Shown here: positions 13,646-29,800 of the stretch, piece by piece
Layout of the letters: every line of letters begins with the position of its first letter
Position numbering within the stretch: position 1 is the first letter of the stretch
Source: Eledone cirrhosa
Taxonomy: Eukaryota
Assembly (NCBI GenBank): GCA_964016885.1
Contig: OZ024742.1
Span: forward strand, 363,940,001 to 364,004,000
Direction of reading: 5' to 3'
Length of the DNA: 64,000 nt
The notes under the pieces: generated by a model
Databases searched by the model: none
Seen by the model: only the letters and a program-made list of their open reading frames with translations
What the model was told of the DNA's origin: nothing
Position numbers and translations under genes: made by a program

Positions 13646-16600
13646 TGTAGGAAGGTAAGACACACGTGGACAGCAACACAACAGCTGTGTTATGTGTGTA
13701 GGAAGGTAAGACACACGTGGACACCAGCACAACAGCTATGTTATGTGTGTAGGAAGGTAAGACACACGTGGACAGCAACACAACAGCTGTGTTATGTGTG
13801 TAGGAAGGTAAGACACACGTGGACAGCAACACAACAGCTGTGTTATGTGTGTATGATGGTAAGACACACGTGGACAGCAGCACAACAGCTGTGTTATGTG
13901 TGTATGATGGTAAGACACACGTGGACAGCAACACAACAGCTGTGTTATGTGTGTAGGATGGTAATACAAACATGGAGAGCAGCACAACAGCTGTGTTATG
14001 TGTGTTTGATGGAAAGACACGGGGATAGCAGCACAACTTCTGTGTTATGTGTGTAGGAAGGTAAGACACACGTGGACAGCAACACAACAGCCGTGTTATG
14101 TGTGTAGGATGGTAAGACACAGGTGGAAAGCAACACAACAGCTGTGTTATGTGTGTATCATGGTAAGACACACGTGGACTGCAGCACAACAGCTGTGTTA
14201 TGTGTGTAGGAGGGTAAGACACACGTGGACAGCAGCACAACAGCTGTGTTATGTATGTAGGATGGTAAGACACACGTGCACAGCAGCACAATAGCTGTAT
14301 TATGTGTGTAGGAAGGTAAGACACACGTGGACAGCAGCACAACAGCTGTGTTATGTGTGTAGGATGGTAAGACACACGTGGACAGCCGCACAACAGCTGT
14401 GTTATGTGTGTAGGATGGTAAGACACACGTGGACAGCAGCACAACAGCTGTGTTATGTGTGTAGGAAGGTAAGACACGCGTGGACAGCAGCACAACGGCT
14501 GTGTTATGTGTGTAGGAAGGTAAGATACACGTGGACAGCAACACAAAGCTGTGTTATGTGTGTAGGAAGGTAAGACACAAGTGGACAGCAGCACAACAGC
14601 TGTGTTATGTGTGTAGGATGGTAAGACACACGTGGACAGCAGCACAACAGCTGTGTTATGTGTGTAGGATGGTAAGACACACGTGGACAGCAGCACAACA
14701 GCTGTGTTATGTGTGTAGGATGGTAAGACACACGTGGACAGCAGCACAACAGCTGTGTTATGTGTGTAGGAAGGTAAGACACCCGTAGATAGCAACACAA
14801 CAGCTGTGTTATGTATGTATGATGGTAAGACACACGTGGACAGCAGCACAACAGCTATGTTATGTGTGTAGGAAGGTAAGACACACGTGGACAGCAACAC
14901 AACAGCCGTGTTATGTGTGTAGGATGGTAAGACACACGTGGACAGCAACACAACAGCCGTGTTATGTGTGTAGGATGGTAAGACACAGGTGGACAGCAAC
15001 ACAACAGCTGTGTTAAGTGTGTATCATGGTAAGACACACGTGGACTGCAACACAACAGCTGTGTTATGTGTGTAGGAAGGTAAGACACACGTGGACAGCA
15101 ATACAACAGCCGTGTTATGTGTGTAGGATGGTAAGACACACGTGGACAGCAACACAACAGCTGTGTTATGTGTGTAGGAAGGTAAGACACACGTGGACAG
15201 CAGCACAACAGCCGTGTTATGTGTGTAGGATGGTAAGACACACGTGGACAGCAGCACAACAGCTGTGTTATGTGTGTAGGAAGGTAAGACACACGTGGAT
15301 AGCAGCACAACAGCTGTGTTATGTGTGTAGGATGGTAAGACACACGTGCACAGCAGCACAATAGCTGTATTATGTGTGTAGGAAGGTAAGACACACGTGG
15401 ATAGCAGCACAACAGCTGTGTTATGTGTGTAGGATGGTAAGACACACGTGGACAGCAACACAACAGCTGTGTTATGTGTGTAGGATGGTAACACACACGT
15501 GGACAGCAACACAACAGCTGTGTTATGTGTGTAGGAAGGTAAGACACGCGTGGACAGCAGCACAACAGCTGTGTTATGTGTGTAGGATGGTAAGACACAC
15601 GTGGACAGCAACACAACAGCTGTGTTATGTGTGTAGGAAGGTAAGACACGCGTGGACAGCAGCACAACAGCTGTGTTATGTGTGTAGGAAGGTAAGATAC
15701 ACGTGGACAGCAACACAACAGCTGTGTTATGTGTGTAGGAAGGTAAGACACGCGTGGACAGCAGCACAACAGCTGTGTTATGTGTGTAGGAAGGCAAGAT
15801 ACACGTGGACAGCAACACAACAGCTGTGTTATATGTGTAGGATGGTAAGACACACGTGGACAGCAACACAACAGCCGTGTTATGTGTGTAGGAAGGTAAG
15901 ACACACGTTCACAGCAGTACAAGAGCTGTGTTATGTGTGTAGGAAGGTAAGACACCCGTGGATAGCAACACAACAGCTGTGTTATGTGTGCATGATGGTA
16001 AGACACACGTGGACAGCAACACAACATCTGTGTTATGTGTGTAGGAAGGTAAGACACACGTGGACAGCAGCACAGCAGCTGTGTTATGTGTGTAGGTAGG
16101 TAAGACACACGTGGACAGCTGCACAACAGCTGTGTTATGTGTGTAGGAAGGTAAGACACGCGTGGACAGCAGCACAACAGCTGTGTTGTGTGTGTAGGAT
16201 GTTAAGACACACGTGGACAGCAACACAACAGCCGTGTTATGTGTGTAGGAAGGTAAGACACACGTGGACAGCCGCACAACAGCTGTGTTATGTGTGTAGG
16301 ATGGTAAGACACACGTGGACAGCAGCACAACAGCTGTGTTATGTGTGTAGGATGGTAAGACACACGTGGACAGCAGCACAACAGCTGTGTTATGTGTGTA
16401 GGAAGGTAAGACACGCGTGGACAGCAACACAACAGCTGTGTTATGTGTGTAGGATGGTAAGACACACGTGGACAGCAGCATAACAGCTGTGTTATGTGTG
16501 TAGGAAGGTAAGACACCCGTGGATAGCAACACAACAGCTGTGTTATGTGTGTATGATGGTAAGACACACGTGGACAGCAGCACAACAGCTATGTTATGTG

Positions 16601-19600
16601 TGTAGGAAGGTAAGACACACGTGGACAGCAACACAACAGCTGTGTTATGTGTGTATGATGGTAAGACACACGTGGACAGCAACACAACAGCCGTGTTATG
16701 TGTGTAGGATGGTAAGACATACGTGGACAGCAGCGCAACAGCTGTGTTATGTGTGTAGGAAGTTAAGACACACGTGGACAGCAGCACAACAGCTGTGTTA
16801 TGTGTGTAAGATGGTAAGACACTTGGACAGCAGCACAACAGCTGTGTTATGTGTGTAGAAAGGTAAGACACACGTGGACAGCAGCACAACTGCTCTGTTA
16901 TGTGTGTAGGATGGTAAGACACACGTGGACAGTAGCACAACAGCTGTGTTATGTGTGTAGGATGGTAAGACACACGTTCACAGCAGCACAAGAGCTGTGT
17001 TATGTGTGTAGGAAGGTAAGACACCCGTGGATAGCAACACAACAGCTGTGTTATGTGTGCATGATGGTAAGACACGCGTGGACAGCAACACAACAGCTGT
17101 GTTATGTGTGTAGGAAGGTAAGACACACGTGGACAGCAGCACAACAGCTGTGTTATGTGTGTAGGAAGGTAAGACACGCGTGGACAGCAGCACAACAGCT
17201 GTGTTGTGTGTGTAGGATGTTAAGACACACGTGGACAGCAACACAACAGCCGTGTTATGTGTGTAGGATGGTAAGACACACGTGGACAGCAACACAACAG
17301 CCGTGTTATGTGTGTAGGAAGGTAAGACACACGTGAACAGCCGCACAACAGCTGTGTTATGTGTGTAGGATGGTAAGACACACGTGGACAGCAGCACAAC
17401 AGCTGTGTTATGTGTGTAGGATGGTAAGACACAGGTGGACAGCAGCACAACAGCTGTGTTATGTGTGTAGGAAGGTAAGACACGCGTGGACAGCAACACA
17501 ACAGCTGTGTTATGTGTGTAGGATGGTAAGACACACGTGGACAGCAGCACAACAGCCGTGTTATGTGTGTGGATTGGTAAGACACACGTAGACAGTAGCA
17601 CAACAGCCGTGTTATGTGTGTAGATTGGTAAGACACACGTGGACAGCAGCACAACAGCTGTGTTATGTGTGTAGGATGGTAAGACACACGTGGACAGCAG
17701 CACAACAGCCGTGTTATGTGTGTAGGATGGTAAGACACACGTGGACAGCAACACAACAGCTGTGTTATGTGTGTATGATGGTAAGACACACGTGGACAGC
17801 AACACAACAGCTGTGTTATGTGTGTAGGATGGTAAGACACACATGGAGAGCAGCACAGCAGCCGTGTTATGTGTGTAGGATGGAAATACACGTGGATAGC
17901 AGCACAACATCTGTGTTATGTGTGTAGGAAGGTAAGACACACGTGGATAGCAACACAACAGCCGTGGTATGTGTGTAGGAAGGTGAGACACACGTGGATA
18001 GCAACACAACAGCCGTGTTATGTGTGTAGGATGGTAAGACACACGTGGATAACAACACAACAGCCGTGTTATGTGTGTAGGATGGTAAGACACACGTGGA
18101 CAGCAGCACAACAGCTGTGTTATGTGTGTAGGATGGTAAGACACACGTGGACAGCAGCATAACAGCTGTGTTATGTGTGTAGGAAGGTAAGACACACGTG
18201 GATAGCAACACAACAGCTGTGTTATGTGTGTAGGATGGTAAGACACACGTGGACAGCAGCACAACAGCTATGTTATGTGTGTAGGAAGGTAAGACACACG
18301 TGGACAGCAACACAACAGCTGTGTTATGTGTGTATGATGGTAAGACACACGTGGACAGCAACACAACAGCCGTGTTATGTGTGTAGGATGGTAAGACATA
18401 CGTGGACAGCAGCGCAACAGATGTGTTATGTGTGTAGGAAGTTAAGACACACGTGGACAGCAGCACAACAGCTGTGTTATGTGTGTAGGATGGTAAGACA
18501 CACGTGGACAGCAGCACAACAGCTGTGTTATGTGTGTAGGATGGTAAGACACACATGGAGAGCAGCACAACAGCTGTGTTATGTGTGTATGATGGAAATA
18601 CACGTGGATAGCAGCACAACATCTATGTTATGTGTGTAGGAAGGTAAGACACACGTGGATAGCAACACAACAGCCGTGTTATGTGTGTAGGAAGGTAAGA
18701 CACACGTGGATAGCAACACAACAGCCGTGTTATGTGTGTAGGATGGTAAGACACACGTGGATAGCAACACAACAGCCGTGTTATGTGTGTAGGATGGTAA
18801 GACACACGTGGACAGCAGCACAACAGCTGTGTTATGTGTGTAGGATGGTAAGACACACGTGGACAGCAGCATAACAGCTGTGCTATGTGTGTAGGAAGGT
18901 AAGACACCCGTGGATAGCAACACAACAGCTGTGTTATGTGTGTATGATGGTAAGACACACGTGGACAGCAGCACAACAGCTATGTTATGTGTGTAGGAAG
19001 GTAAGACACACGTGGACAGCAACACAACAGCTGTGTTATGTGTGTATGATGGTAAGACACACGTGGACAGCAACACAACAGCCGTGTTATGTGTGTAGGA
19101 TGGTAAGACATACGTGGACAGCAGCGCAACAGCTGTGTTATGTGTGTAGGAAGTTAAGACACACGTGGACAGCAGCACAACAGCTGTGTTATGTGTGTAG
19201 AAAGGTAAGACACACGTGGACAGCAGCACAACTGCTCTGTTATGTGTGTAGGATGGTAAGACACACGTGGACAGCAACACAACAGCCGTGTTATGTGTGT
19301 AGGAAGGTAAGACACACGTGGACAGCCGCACAACAGCTGTGTTATGTGTGTAGGATGGTAAGACACACGTGGACAGCAGCACAACAGCTGTGTTATGTGT
19401 GTAGGATGGTAAGACACAGTTGGACATCAGCACAACAGCTGTGTTATGTGTGTAGGAAGGTAAGACACGCGTGGACAGCAACACAACAGCTGTGTTATGT
19501 GTGTAGGATGGTAAGACACACGTGGACAGCAGCACAACAGCCGTGTTATGTGTGTGGATTGGTAAGACACACGTAGACAGTAGCACAACAGCCGTGTTAT

Positions 19601-20852
19601 GTGTGTAGCATGGTAAGACACACGTGGACAGCAACACAACAGCTGTGTTATGTGTGTATGATGGTAAGACACACGTGGACAGCAACACAACAGCTGTGTT
19701 ATGTGTGTAGGATGGTAAGACACACATGGAGAGCAGCACAGCAGCCGTGTTATGTGTGTATGATGGAAATACACGTGGATAGCAGCACAACATCTGTGTT
19801 ATGTGTGTAGGAAGGTAAGACACCCCTGGATAGCAACACAACAGCCGTGTTATGTGTGTAGGAAGGTGAGACACACGTGGATAGCAACACAACAGCCGTG
19901 TTATGTGTGTAGGATGGTAAGACACACGTGGATAGCAACACAACAGCCGTGTTATGTGTGTAGGATGGTAAGACACACGTGGACAGCAGCACAACAGCTG
20001 TGTTATGTGTGTAGGATGGTAAGACACACGTGGACAGCAGCATAACAGCTGTGTTATGTGTGTAGGAAGGTAAGACACCCGTGGATAGCAACACAACAGC
20101 TGTGTTATGTGTGTAGGATGGTAAGACACACGTGGACAGCAGCACAACAGCTATGTTATGTGTGTAGGAAGGTAAGACACACGTGGACAGCAACACAACA
20201 GCTGTGTTATGTGTGTATGATGGTAAGACACACGTGGACAGCAACACAACAGCCGTGTTATGTGTGTAGGATGGTAAGACATACGTGGACAGCAGCGCAA
20301 CAGATGTGTTATGTGTGTAGGAAGTTAAGACACACGTGGACAGCAGCACAACAGCTGTGTTATGTGTGTAGGATGGTAAGACACACGTGGACAGCAGCAC
20401 AACAGCTGTGTTATGTGTGTAGGATGGTAAGACACACATGGAGAGCAGCACAACAGCTGTGTTATGTGTGTATGATGGAAATACACGTGGATAGCAGCAC
20501 AACATCTGTGTTATGTGTGTAGGAAGGTAAGACACACGTGGATAGCAACACAACAGCCGTGTTATGTGTGTAGGAAGGTAAGACACACGTGGATAGCAAC
20601 ACAACAGCCGTGTTATGTGTGTAGGATGGTAAGACACACGTGGATAGCAACACAACAGCCGTGTTATGTGTGTAGGATGGTAAGACACACGTGAACAGCA
20701 GCACAACAGCTGTGTTATGTGTGTAGGATGGTAAGACACACGTGGACAGCAGCATAACAGCTGTGTTATGTGTGTAGGAAGGTAAGACACCCGTGGATAG
20801 CAACACAACAGCTGTGTTATGTGTGTATGATGGTAAGACACACGTGGACAGC
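13646..20852. repeat. Copy 2 of the 13,645-bp-offset duplication
   Basis: Starts TGTAGGAAGG at 13646 with the same order of rare variants as 1-7207. The one difference I noticed is G2382 vs T16027 (QQL vs QHL in the ORF track). Confidence 0.95.
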
Positions 20853-23800
20853 AGCACAACAGCTATGTTATGTGTGTAGGAAGGTAAGACACACGTGGAC
20901 AGCAACACAACAGCTGTGTTATGTGTGTATGATGGTAAGACACACGTGGACAGCAACACAACAGCCGTGTTATGTGGTAGGATGGTAAGACATACGTGGA
21001 CAGCAGCGCAACAGCTGTGTTATGTGTGTAGGAAGTTAAGACACACGTGGACAGCAGCACAACAGCTGTGTTATGTGTGTAAGATGGTAAGACACTTGGA
21101 CAGCAGCACAACAGCTGTGTTATGTGTGTAGAAAGGTAAGACACACATGGACAGCAGCACAACTGCTCTGTTATGTGTGTAGGATGGTAAGACACACGTG
21201 GACAGTAGCACAACAGCTGTGTTATGTGTGTAGGATGGTAAGACACACGTTCACAGCAGCACAAGAGCTGTGTTATGTGTGTAGGAAGGTAAGACACCCG
21301 TGGATAGCAACACAACAGCTGTGTTATGTGTGCATGATGGTAAGACACACGTGGACAGCAACACAACAGCTGTGTTATGTGTGTAGGAAGGTAAGACACA
21401 CGTGGACAGCAGCACAACAGCTGTGTTATGTGTGTAGGAAGGTAAGACACGCGTGGACAGCAGCACAACAGCTGTGTTGTGTGTGTAGGATGTTAAGACA
21501 CACGTGGACAGCAACACAACAGCCGTGTTATGTGTGTAGGATGGTAAGACACACGTGGACAGCAACACAACAGCCGTGTTATGTGTGTAGGAAGGTAAGA
21601 CACCCGTGGATAGCAACACAACAGCTGTGTTATGTGTGCATGATGGTAAGACACACGTGGACAGCAACACAACAGCTGTGTTATGTGTGTAGGTAGGTAA
21701 GACACACGTGGACAGCTGCACAACAGCTGTGTTATGTGTGTAGGAAGGTAAGACACGCGTGGACAGCAGCACAACAGCTGTGTTGTGTGTGTAGGATGTT
21801 AAAACACACGTGGACAGCAACACAACAGCCGTGTTATGTGTGTAGGATGGTAAGACACACGTGGACAGCAACACAACAGCCGTGTTATGTGTGTAGGAAG
21901 GTAAGACACACGTGGACAGCCGCACAACAGCTGTGTTATGTGTGTAGGATGGTAAGACACACGTGGACAGCAGCACAACAGCTGTGTTATGTGTGTAGGA
22001 AGGTAAGACACGCGTGGACAGCAACACAACAGCTGTGTTATGTGTGTAGGATGGTAAGACACACGTGGACAGCAGCACAACAGCCGTGTTATGTGTGTGG
22101 ATTGGTAAGACACACGTAGACAGTAGCACAACAGCCGTGTTATGTGTGTAGATTGGTAAGACACACGTGGACAGCAGCACAACAGCTGTGTTATGTGTGT
22201 AGGATGGTAAGACACACGTGGACAGCAGCACAACAGCCGTGTTATGTGTGTAGGATGGTAAGACACACGTGGACAGCAACACAACAGCTGTGTTATGTGT
22301 GTATGATGGTAAGACACACGTGGACAGCAACACAACAGCTGTGTTATGTGTGTAGGATGGTAAGACACACATGGAGAGCAGCACAGCAGCTGTGTTATGT
22401 GTGTATGATGGAACTACACGTGGATAGCAGCACAACATCTGTGTTATGTGTGTAGGAAGGTAAGACACACGTGGATAGCAACACAACAGCCGTGTTATGT
22501 GTGTAGGAAGGTAAGACACACGTGGATAGCAACACAACAGCCGTGTTATGTGTGTAGGATGGTAAGACACACGTGGATAGCAACACAACAGCCGTGTTAT
22601 GTGTGTAGGATGGTAAGACACACGTGGACAGCAGCACAACAGCTGTGTTATGTGTGTAGGATGGTAAGACACACGTGGACAGCAGCACAACAGCCGTGTT
22701 ATATGTGTAGGATGGTAAGACACACGTGGACAGCAACACAACAGCTGTGTTATGTGTGTATGATGGTAAGACACACGTGGACAGCAACACAACAGCTGTG
22801 TTATGTGTGTAGGATGGTAAGACACACATGGAGAGCAGCACAGCAGCTGTGTTATGTGTGTAGGATGGTAAGACACACGTGGACAGCAGCACAACAGCTA
22901 TGTTATGTGTGTAGGAAGGTAAGACACACGTGGACAGCAACACAACAGCTGTGTTATGTGTGTATGATGGTAAGACACACGTGGACAGCAACACAACAGC
23001 CGTGTTATGTGTGTAGGATGGTAAGACATACGTGGACAGCAGCGCAACAGATGTGTTATGTGTGTAGGAAGTTAAGACACACGTGGACAGCAGCACAACA
23101 GCTGTGTTATGTGTGTAGGATGGTAAGACACACGTGGACAGCAGCACAACAGCTGTGTTATGTGTGTAGGATGGTAAGACACACATGGAGAGCAGCACAA
23201 CAGCTGTGTTATGTGTGTATGATGGAAATACACGTGGATAGCAGCACAACATCTGTGTTATGTGTGTAGGAAGGTAAGACACACGTGGATAGCAACACAA
23301 CAGCCGTGTTATGTGTGTAGGAAGGTAAGACACACGTGGATAGCAACACAACAGCCGTGTTATGTGTGTAGGATGGTAAGACACACGTGGATAGCAACAC
23401 AACAGCCGTGTTATGTGTGTAGGATGGTAAGACACACGTGGATAGCAACACAACAGCTGTGTTATGTGTGTATGATGGTAAGACACACGTGGACAGCAGC
23501 ACAACAGCTATGTTATGTGTGTAGGAAGGTAAGACACACGTGGACAGCAACACAACAGCTGTGTTATGTGTGTAAGATGGTAAGACACACGTGGACAGCA
23601 ACACAACAGCCGTGTTATGTGGTAGGATGGTAAGACATACGTGGACAGCAGCGCAACAGCTGTGTTATGTGTGTAGGAAGTTAAGACACACGTGGACAGC
23701 AGCACAACAGCTGTGTTATGTGTGTAAGATGGTAAGACACTTGGACAGCAGCACAACAGCTGTGTTATGTGTGTAGAAAGGTAAGACACACATGGACAGC

Positions 23801-26800
23801 AGCACAACTGCTCTGTTATGTGTGTAGGATGGTAAGACACCCGTGGATAGCAACACAACAGCGGTGTTATGTGTGTAGGATGGTAAGACACACGTGGACA
23901 GCAACACAACAGCTGTGTTATGTGTGTAGGTAGGTAAGACACACGTGGATAGCAACACAACAGCTGTGTTGTGTGTGTAGGATGTTAAGACACACGTGGA
24001 CAGCAACACAACAGCCGTGTTATGTGTGTAGGATGGTAAGACACTTGGACAGCAGCACAACAGCTGTGTTATGTGTGTAGAAAGGTAAGACACACATGGA
24101 CAGCAGCACAACTGCTCTGTTATGTGTGTAGGATGGTAAGACACCCGTGGATAGCAACACAACAGCGGTGTTATGTGTGTAGGATGGTAAGACACACGTG
24201 GACAGCAACACAACAGCTGTGTTATGTGTGTAGGAAGGTAAGACACCCGTGGATAGCAACACAACAGCTGTGTTGTGTGTGTAGGATGTTAAGACACACG
24301 TGGACAGCAACACAACAGCCGTGTTATGTGTGTAGGATGGTAAGACACACGTGGACAGCAACACAACAGCCGTGTTATGTGTGTAGGAAGGTAAGACACC
24401 CGTGGATAGCAACACAACAGCTGTGTTATGTGTGCATGATGGTAAGACACACGGGGACAGCAACACAACAGCTGTGTTATGTGTGTAGGTAGGTAAGACA
24501 CACGTGGACAGCTGCACAACAGCTGTGTTATGTGTGTAGGAAGGTAAGACACCCGTGGATAGCAACACAACAGCTGTGTTATGTGTGTATGATGGTAAGA
24601 CACACGTGGACAGCAGCACAACAGCTATGTTATGTGTGTAGGAAGGTAAGACACACGTGGACAGCAGCACAACAGCTGTGTTATGTGTGTATAATGGTAA
24701 GACACACGTGGACAGCAACACAACAGCCGTGTTATGTGTGTAGGATGGTAAGACATACGTGGACAGCAGCGCAACAGCTGTGTTATGTGTGTAGGAAGTT
24801 AAGACACACGTGGACAGCAGCACAACAGCTGTGTTATGTGTGTAAGATGGTAAGACACTTGGACAGCAGCACAACAGCTGTGTTATGTGTGTAGAAAGGT
24901 AAGACACACGTGGATAGCAACACAACAGCTGTGTTATGTGTGTATGATGGTAAGACACACGTGGACAGCAGCACAACAGCTATGTTATGTGTGTAGGAAG
25001 GTAAGACACACGTGGACAGCAGCACAACAGCTGTGTTATGTGTGTATAATGGTAAGACACACGTGGACAGCAACACAACAGCCGTGTTATGTGTGTAGGA
25101 TGGTAAGACATACGTGGACAGCAGCGCAACAGCTGTGTTATGTGTGTAGGAAGTTAAGACACACGTGGACAGCAGCACAACAGCTGTGTTATGTGTGTAA
25201 GATGGTAAGACACTTGGACAGCAGCACAACAGCTGTGTTATGTGTGTAGAAAGGTAAGACACACGTGGACAGCAGCACAACTGCTCTGTTATGTGTGTAG
25301 GATGGTAAGACACACGTGGACAGTAGCACAACAGCTGTGTTATGTGTGTAGGATGGTAAGACACGTTCACAGAGGCACAAGAGCTGTGTTATGTGTGTAG
25401 GAAGGTAAGACACCCGTGGATAGCAACACAACAGCTGTGTTATGTGTGCATGATGGTAAGACACACGTGGACAGCAACACAACAGCTGTGTTATGTGTGT
25501 AGGAAGGTAAGACACACGTGGACAGCAGCACAACAGCTGTGTTATGTGTGTAGGAAGGTAAGACACGCGTGGACAGCAGCACAACAGCTGTGTTGTGTGT
25601 GTAGGATGTTAAGACACACGTGGACAGCAACACAACAGCCGTGTTATGTGTGTAGAATGGTAAGACACACGTGGACAGCAACACAACAGCCGTGTTATGT
25701 GTGTAGGAAGGTAAGACACACGTGGACAGCCGCACAACAGCTGTGTTATGTGTGTAGGATGGTAAGACACACGTGGACAGCAGCACAACAGCTGTGTTAT
25801 GTGTGTAGGAAGGTAAGACACGCGTGGACAGCAACACAACAGCTGTGTTATGTGTGTAGGATGGTAAGACACACGTGGACAGCAGCACAACAGCCGTGTT
25901 ATGTGTGTGGATTGGTAAGACACACGTAGACAGTAGCACAACAGCCGTGTTATGTGTGTAGATTGGTAAGACACACGTGGACAGCAGCACAACAGCTGTG
26001 TTATGTGTGTAGGATGGTAAGACACACGTGGACAGCAGCACAACAGCCGTGTTATGTGTGTAGGATGGTAAGACACACGTGGACAGCAACACAACAGCTG
26101 TGTTATGTGTGTATGATGGTAAGACACACGTGGACAGCAACACAACAGCTGTGTTATGTGTGTAGGATGGTAAGACACACATGGAGAGCAGCACAGCAGC
26201 TGTGTTATGTGTGTATGATGGAACTACACGTGGATAGCAGCACAACATCTGTGTTATGTGTGTAGGAAGGTAAGACACACGTGGATAGCAACACAACAGC
26301 CGTGTTATGTGTGTAGGAAGGTAAGACACACGTGGATAGCAACACAACAGCCGTGTTATGTGTGTAGGATGGTAAGACACACGTGGATAGCAACACAACA
26401 GCCGTGTTATGTGTGTAGGATGGTAAGACACACGTGGACAGCAGCACAACAGCTGTGTTATGTGTGTAGGATGGTAAGACACACGTGGACAGCAGCACAA
26501 CAGCCGTGTTATGTGTGTAGGATGGTAAGACACACGTGGACAGCAACACAACAGCTGTGTTATGTGTGTATGATGGTAAGACACACGTGGACAGCAACAC
26601 AACAGCTGTGTTATGTGTGTAGGATGGTAAGACACGCATGGAGAGCAGCACAGCAGCTGTGTTATGTGTGTAGGATGGTAAGACACACGTGGACAGCAGC
26701 ACAACAGCTATGTTATGTGTGTAGGAAGGTAAGACACACGTGGACAGCAACACAACAGCTGTGTTATGTGTGTATGATGGTAAGACACACGTGGACAGCA

Positions 26801-29800
26801 ACACAACAGCCGTGTTATGTGTGTAGGATGGTAAGACATACGTGGACAGCAGCGCAACAGCCGTGTTATGTGTGTAGGAAGTTAAGACACACGTGGACAG
26901 CAGCACAACAGCTGTGTTATGTGTGTAGGATGGTAAGACACACGTAGACAGCAGCAAAACAGCTGTGTTATGTGTGTAGGATGGTAAGACACACATGGAG
27001 AGCAGCACAACAGCTGTGTTATGTGTGTATGATGGAAATACACGTGGATAGCAGCACAACATCTGTGTTATGTGTGTAGGAAGGTAAGACACACGTGGAT
27101 AGCAACACAACAGCCGTGTTATGTGTGTAGGAAGGTAAGACACACGTGGATAGCAACACAACAGCCGTGTTATGTGTGTAGGATGGTAAGACACACGTGG
27201 ATAGCAACACAACAGCCGTGTTATGTGTGTAGGATGGTAAGACACACGTGAACAGCAGCACAACAGCTGTGTTATGTGTGTAGGATGGTAAGACACACGT
27301 GGACAGCAGCATAACAGCTGTGTTATGTGTGTAGGAAGGTAAGACACCCGTGGATAGCAACACAACAGCTGTGTTATGTGTGTATGATGGTAAGACACAC
27401 GTGGACAGCAGCACAACAGCTATGTTATGTGTGTAGGAAGGTAAGACACACGTGGACAGCAACACAACAGCTGTGTTATGTGTGTATGATGGTAAGACAC
27501 ACGTGGACAGCAACACAACAGCCGTGTTATGTGGTAGGATGGTAAGACATACGTGGACAGCAGCGCAACAGCTGTGTTATGTGTGTAGGAAGTTAAGACA
27601 CACGTGGACAGCAGCACAACAGCTGTGTTATGTGTGTAAGATGGTAAGACACTTGGACAGCAGCACAACAGCTGTGTTATGTGTGTAGAAAGGTAAGACA
27701 CACATGGACAGCAGCACAACTGCTCTGTTATGTGTGTAGGATGGTAAGACACACGTGGACAGTAGCACAACAGCTGTGTTATGTGTGTAGGATGGTAAGA
27801 CACACGTTCACAGCAGCACAAGAGCTGTGTTATGTGTGTAGGAAGGTAAGACACCCGTGGATAGCAACACAACAGCTGTGTTATGTGTGCATGATGGTAA
27901 GACACACGTGGACAGCAACACAACAGCTGTGTTATGTGTGTAGGAAGGTAAGACACGCGTGGACAGCAGCACAACAGCTGTGTTGTGTGTGTAGGATGTT
28001 AAGACACACGTGGACAGCAACACAACAGCCGTGTTATGTGTGTAGGATGGTAAGACACACGTGGACAGCAACACAACAGCCGTGTTATGTGTGTAGGAAG
28101 GTAAGACACCCGTGGATAGCAACACAACAGCTGTGTTATGTGTGCATGATGGTAAGACACACGTGGACAGCAACACAACAGCTGTGTTATGTGTGTAGGT
28201 AGGTAAGACACACGTGGACAGCTGCACAACAGCTGTGTTATGTGTGTAGGAAGGTAAGACACGCGTGGACAGCAGCACAACAGCTGTGTTGTGTGTGTAG
28301 GATGTTAAGACACACGTGGACAGCAACACAACAGCCGTGTTATGTGTGTAGGATGGTAAGACACACGTGGACAGCAACACAACAGCCGTGTTATGTGTGT
28401 AGGAAGGTAAGACACACGTGGACAGCCGCACAACAGCTGTGTTATGTGTGTAGGATGGTAAGACACACGTGGACAGCAGCACAACAGCTGTGTTATGTGT
28501 GTAGGATGGTAAGACACACGTGGACAGCAGCACAACAGCTGTGTTATGTGTGTAGGAAGGTAAGACACGCGTGGACAGCAACACAACAGCTGTGTTATGT
28601 GTGTAGGATGGTAAGACACACGTGGACAGCAGCACAACAGCCGTGTTATGTGTGTGGATTGGTAAGACACACGTGGACAGTAGCACAACAGCCGTGTTAT
28701 GTGTGTAGATTGGTAAGACACACGTGGACAGCAGCACAAAAGCTGTGTTATGTGTGTAGGATGGTAAGACACACGTGGACAGCAGCACAACAGCCGTGTT
28801 ATGTGTGTAGGATGGTAAGACACACGTGGATAGCAACACAACAGCCGTGTTATGTGTGTAGGATGGTAAGACACACGTGGACAGCAACACAACAGCTGTG
28901 TTATGTGTGTAGGATGGTAAGACACACGTGGACAGCAGCATAACAGCTGTGTTATGTGTGTAGGAAGGTAAGACACCCGTGGATAGCAACACAACAGCTG
29001 TGTTATGTGTGTATGATGGTAAGACACACGTGGACAGCAGCACAACAGCTATGTTATGTGTGTAGGAAGGTAAGACACACGTGGACAGCAACACAACAGC
29101 TGTGTTATGTGTGTATAATGGTAAGACACACGTGGACAGCAACACAACAGCCGTGTTATGTGTGTAGGATGGTAAGACATACGTGGACAGCAGCGCAACA
29201 GCTGTGTTATGTGTGTAGGAAGTTAAGACACACGTGGACAGCAGCACAACAGCTGTGTTATGTGTGTAAGATGGTAAGACACTTGGACAGCAGCACAACA
29301 GCTGTGTTATGTGTGTAGAAAGGTAAGACACACGTGGACAGCAGCACAACTGCTGTGTTATGTGTGTAGGATGGTAAGACACACGTGGACAGTAGCACAA
29401 CAGCTGTGTTATGTGTGTAGGATGGTAAGACACGTTCACAGCAGCACAAGAGCTGTGTTATGTGTGTAGGAAGGTAAGACACCCGTGGATAGCAACACAA
29501 CAGCTGTGTTATGTGTGCATGATGGTAAGACACACGTGGACAGCAACACAACAGCTGTGTTATGTGTGTAGGAAGGTAAGACACACGTGGACAGCAGCAC
29601 AACAGCTGTGTTATGTGTGTAGGAAGGTAAGACACGCGTGGACAGCAGCACAACAGCTGTGTTGTGTGTGTAGGATGTTAAGACACACGTGGACAGCAAC
29701 ACAACAGCCGTGTTATGTGTGTAGGATGGTAAGACATACGTGGACAGCAACACAACAGCCGTGTTATGTGTGTAGGAAGGTAAGACACACGTGGACAGCC

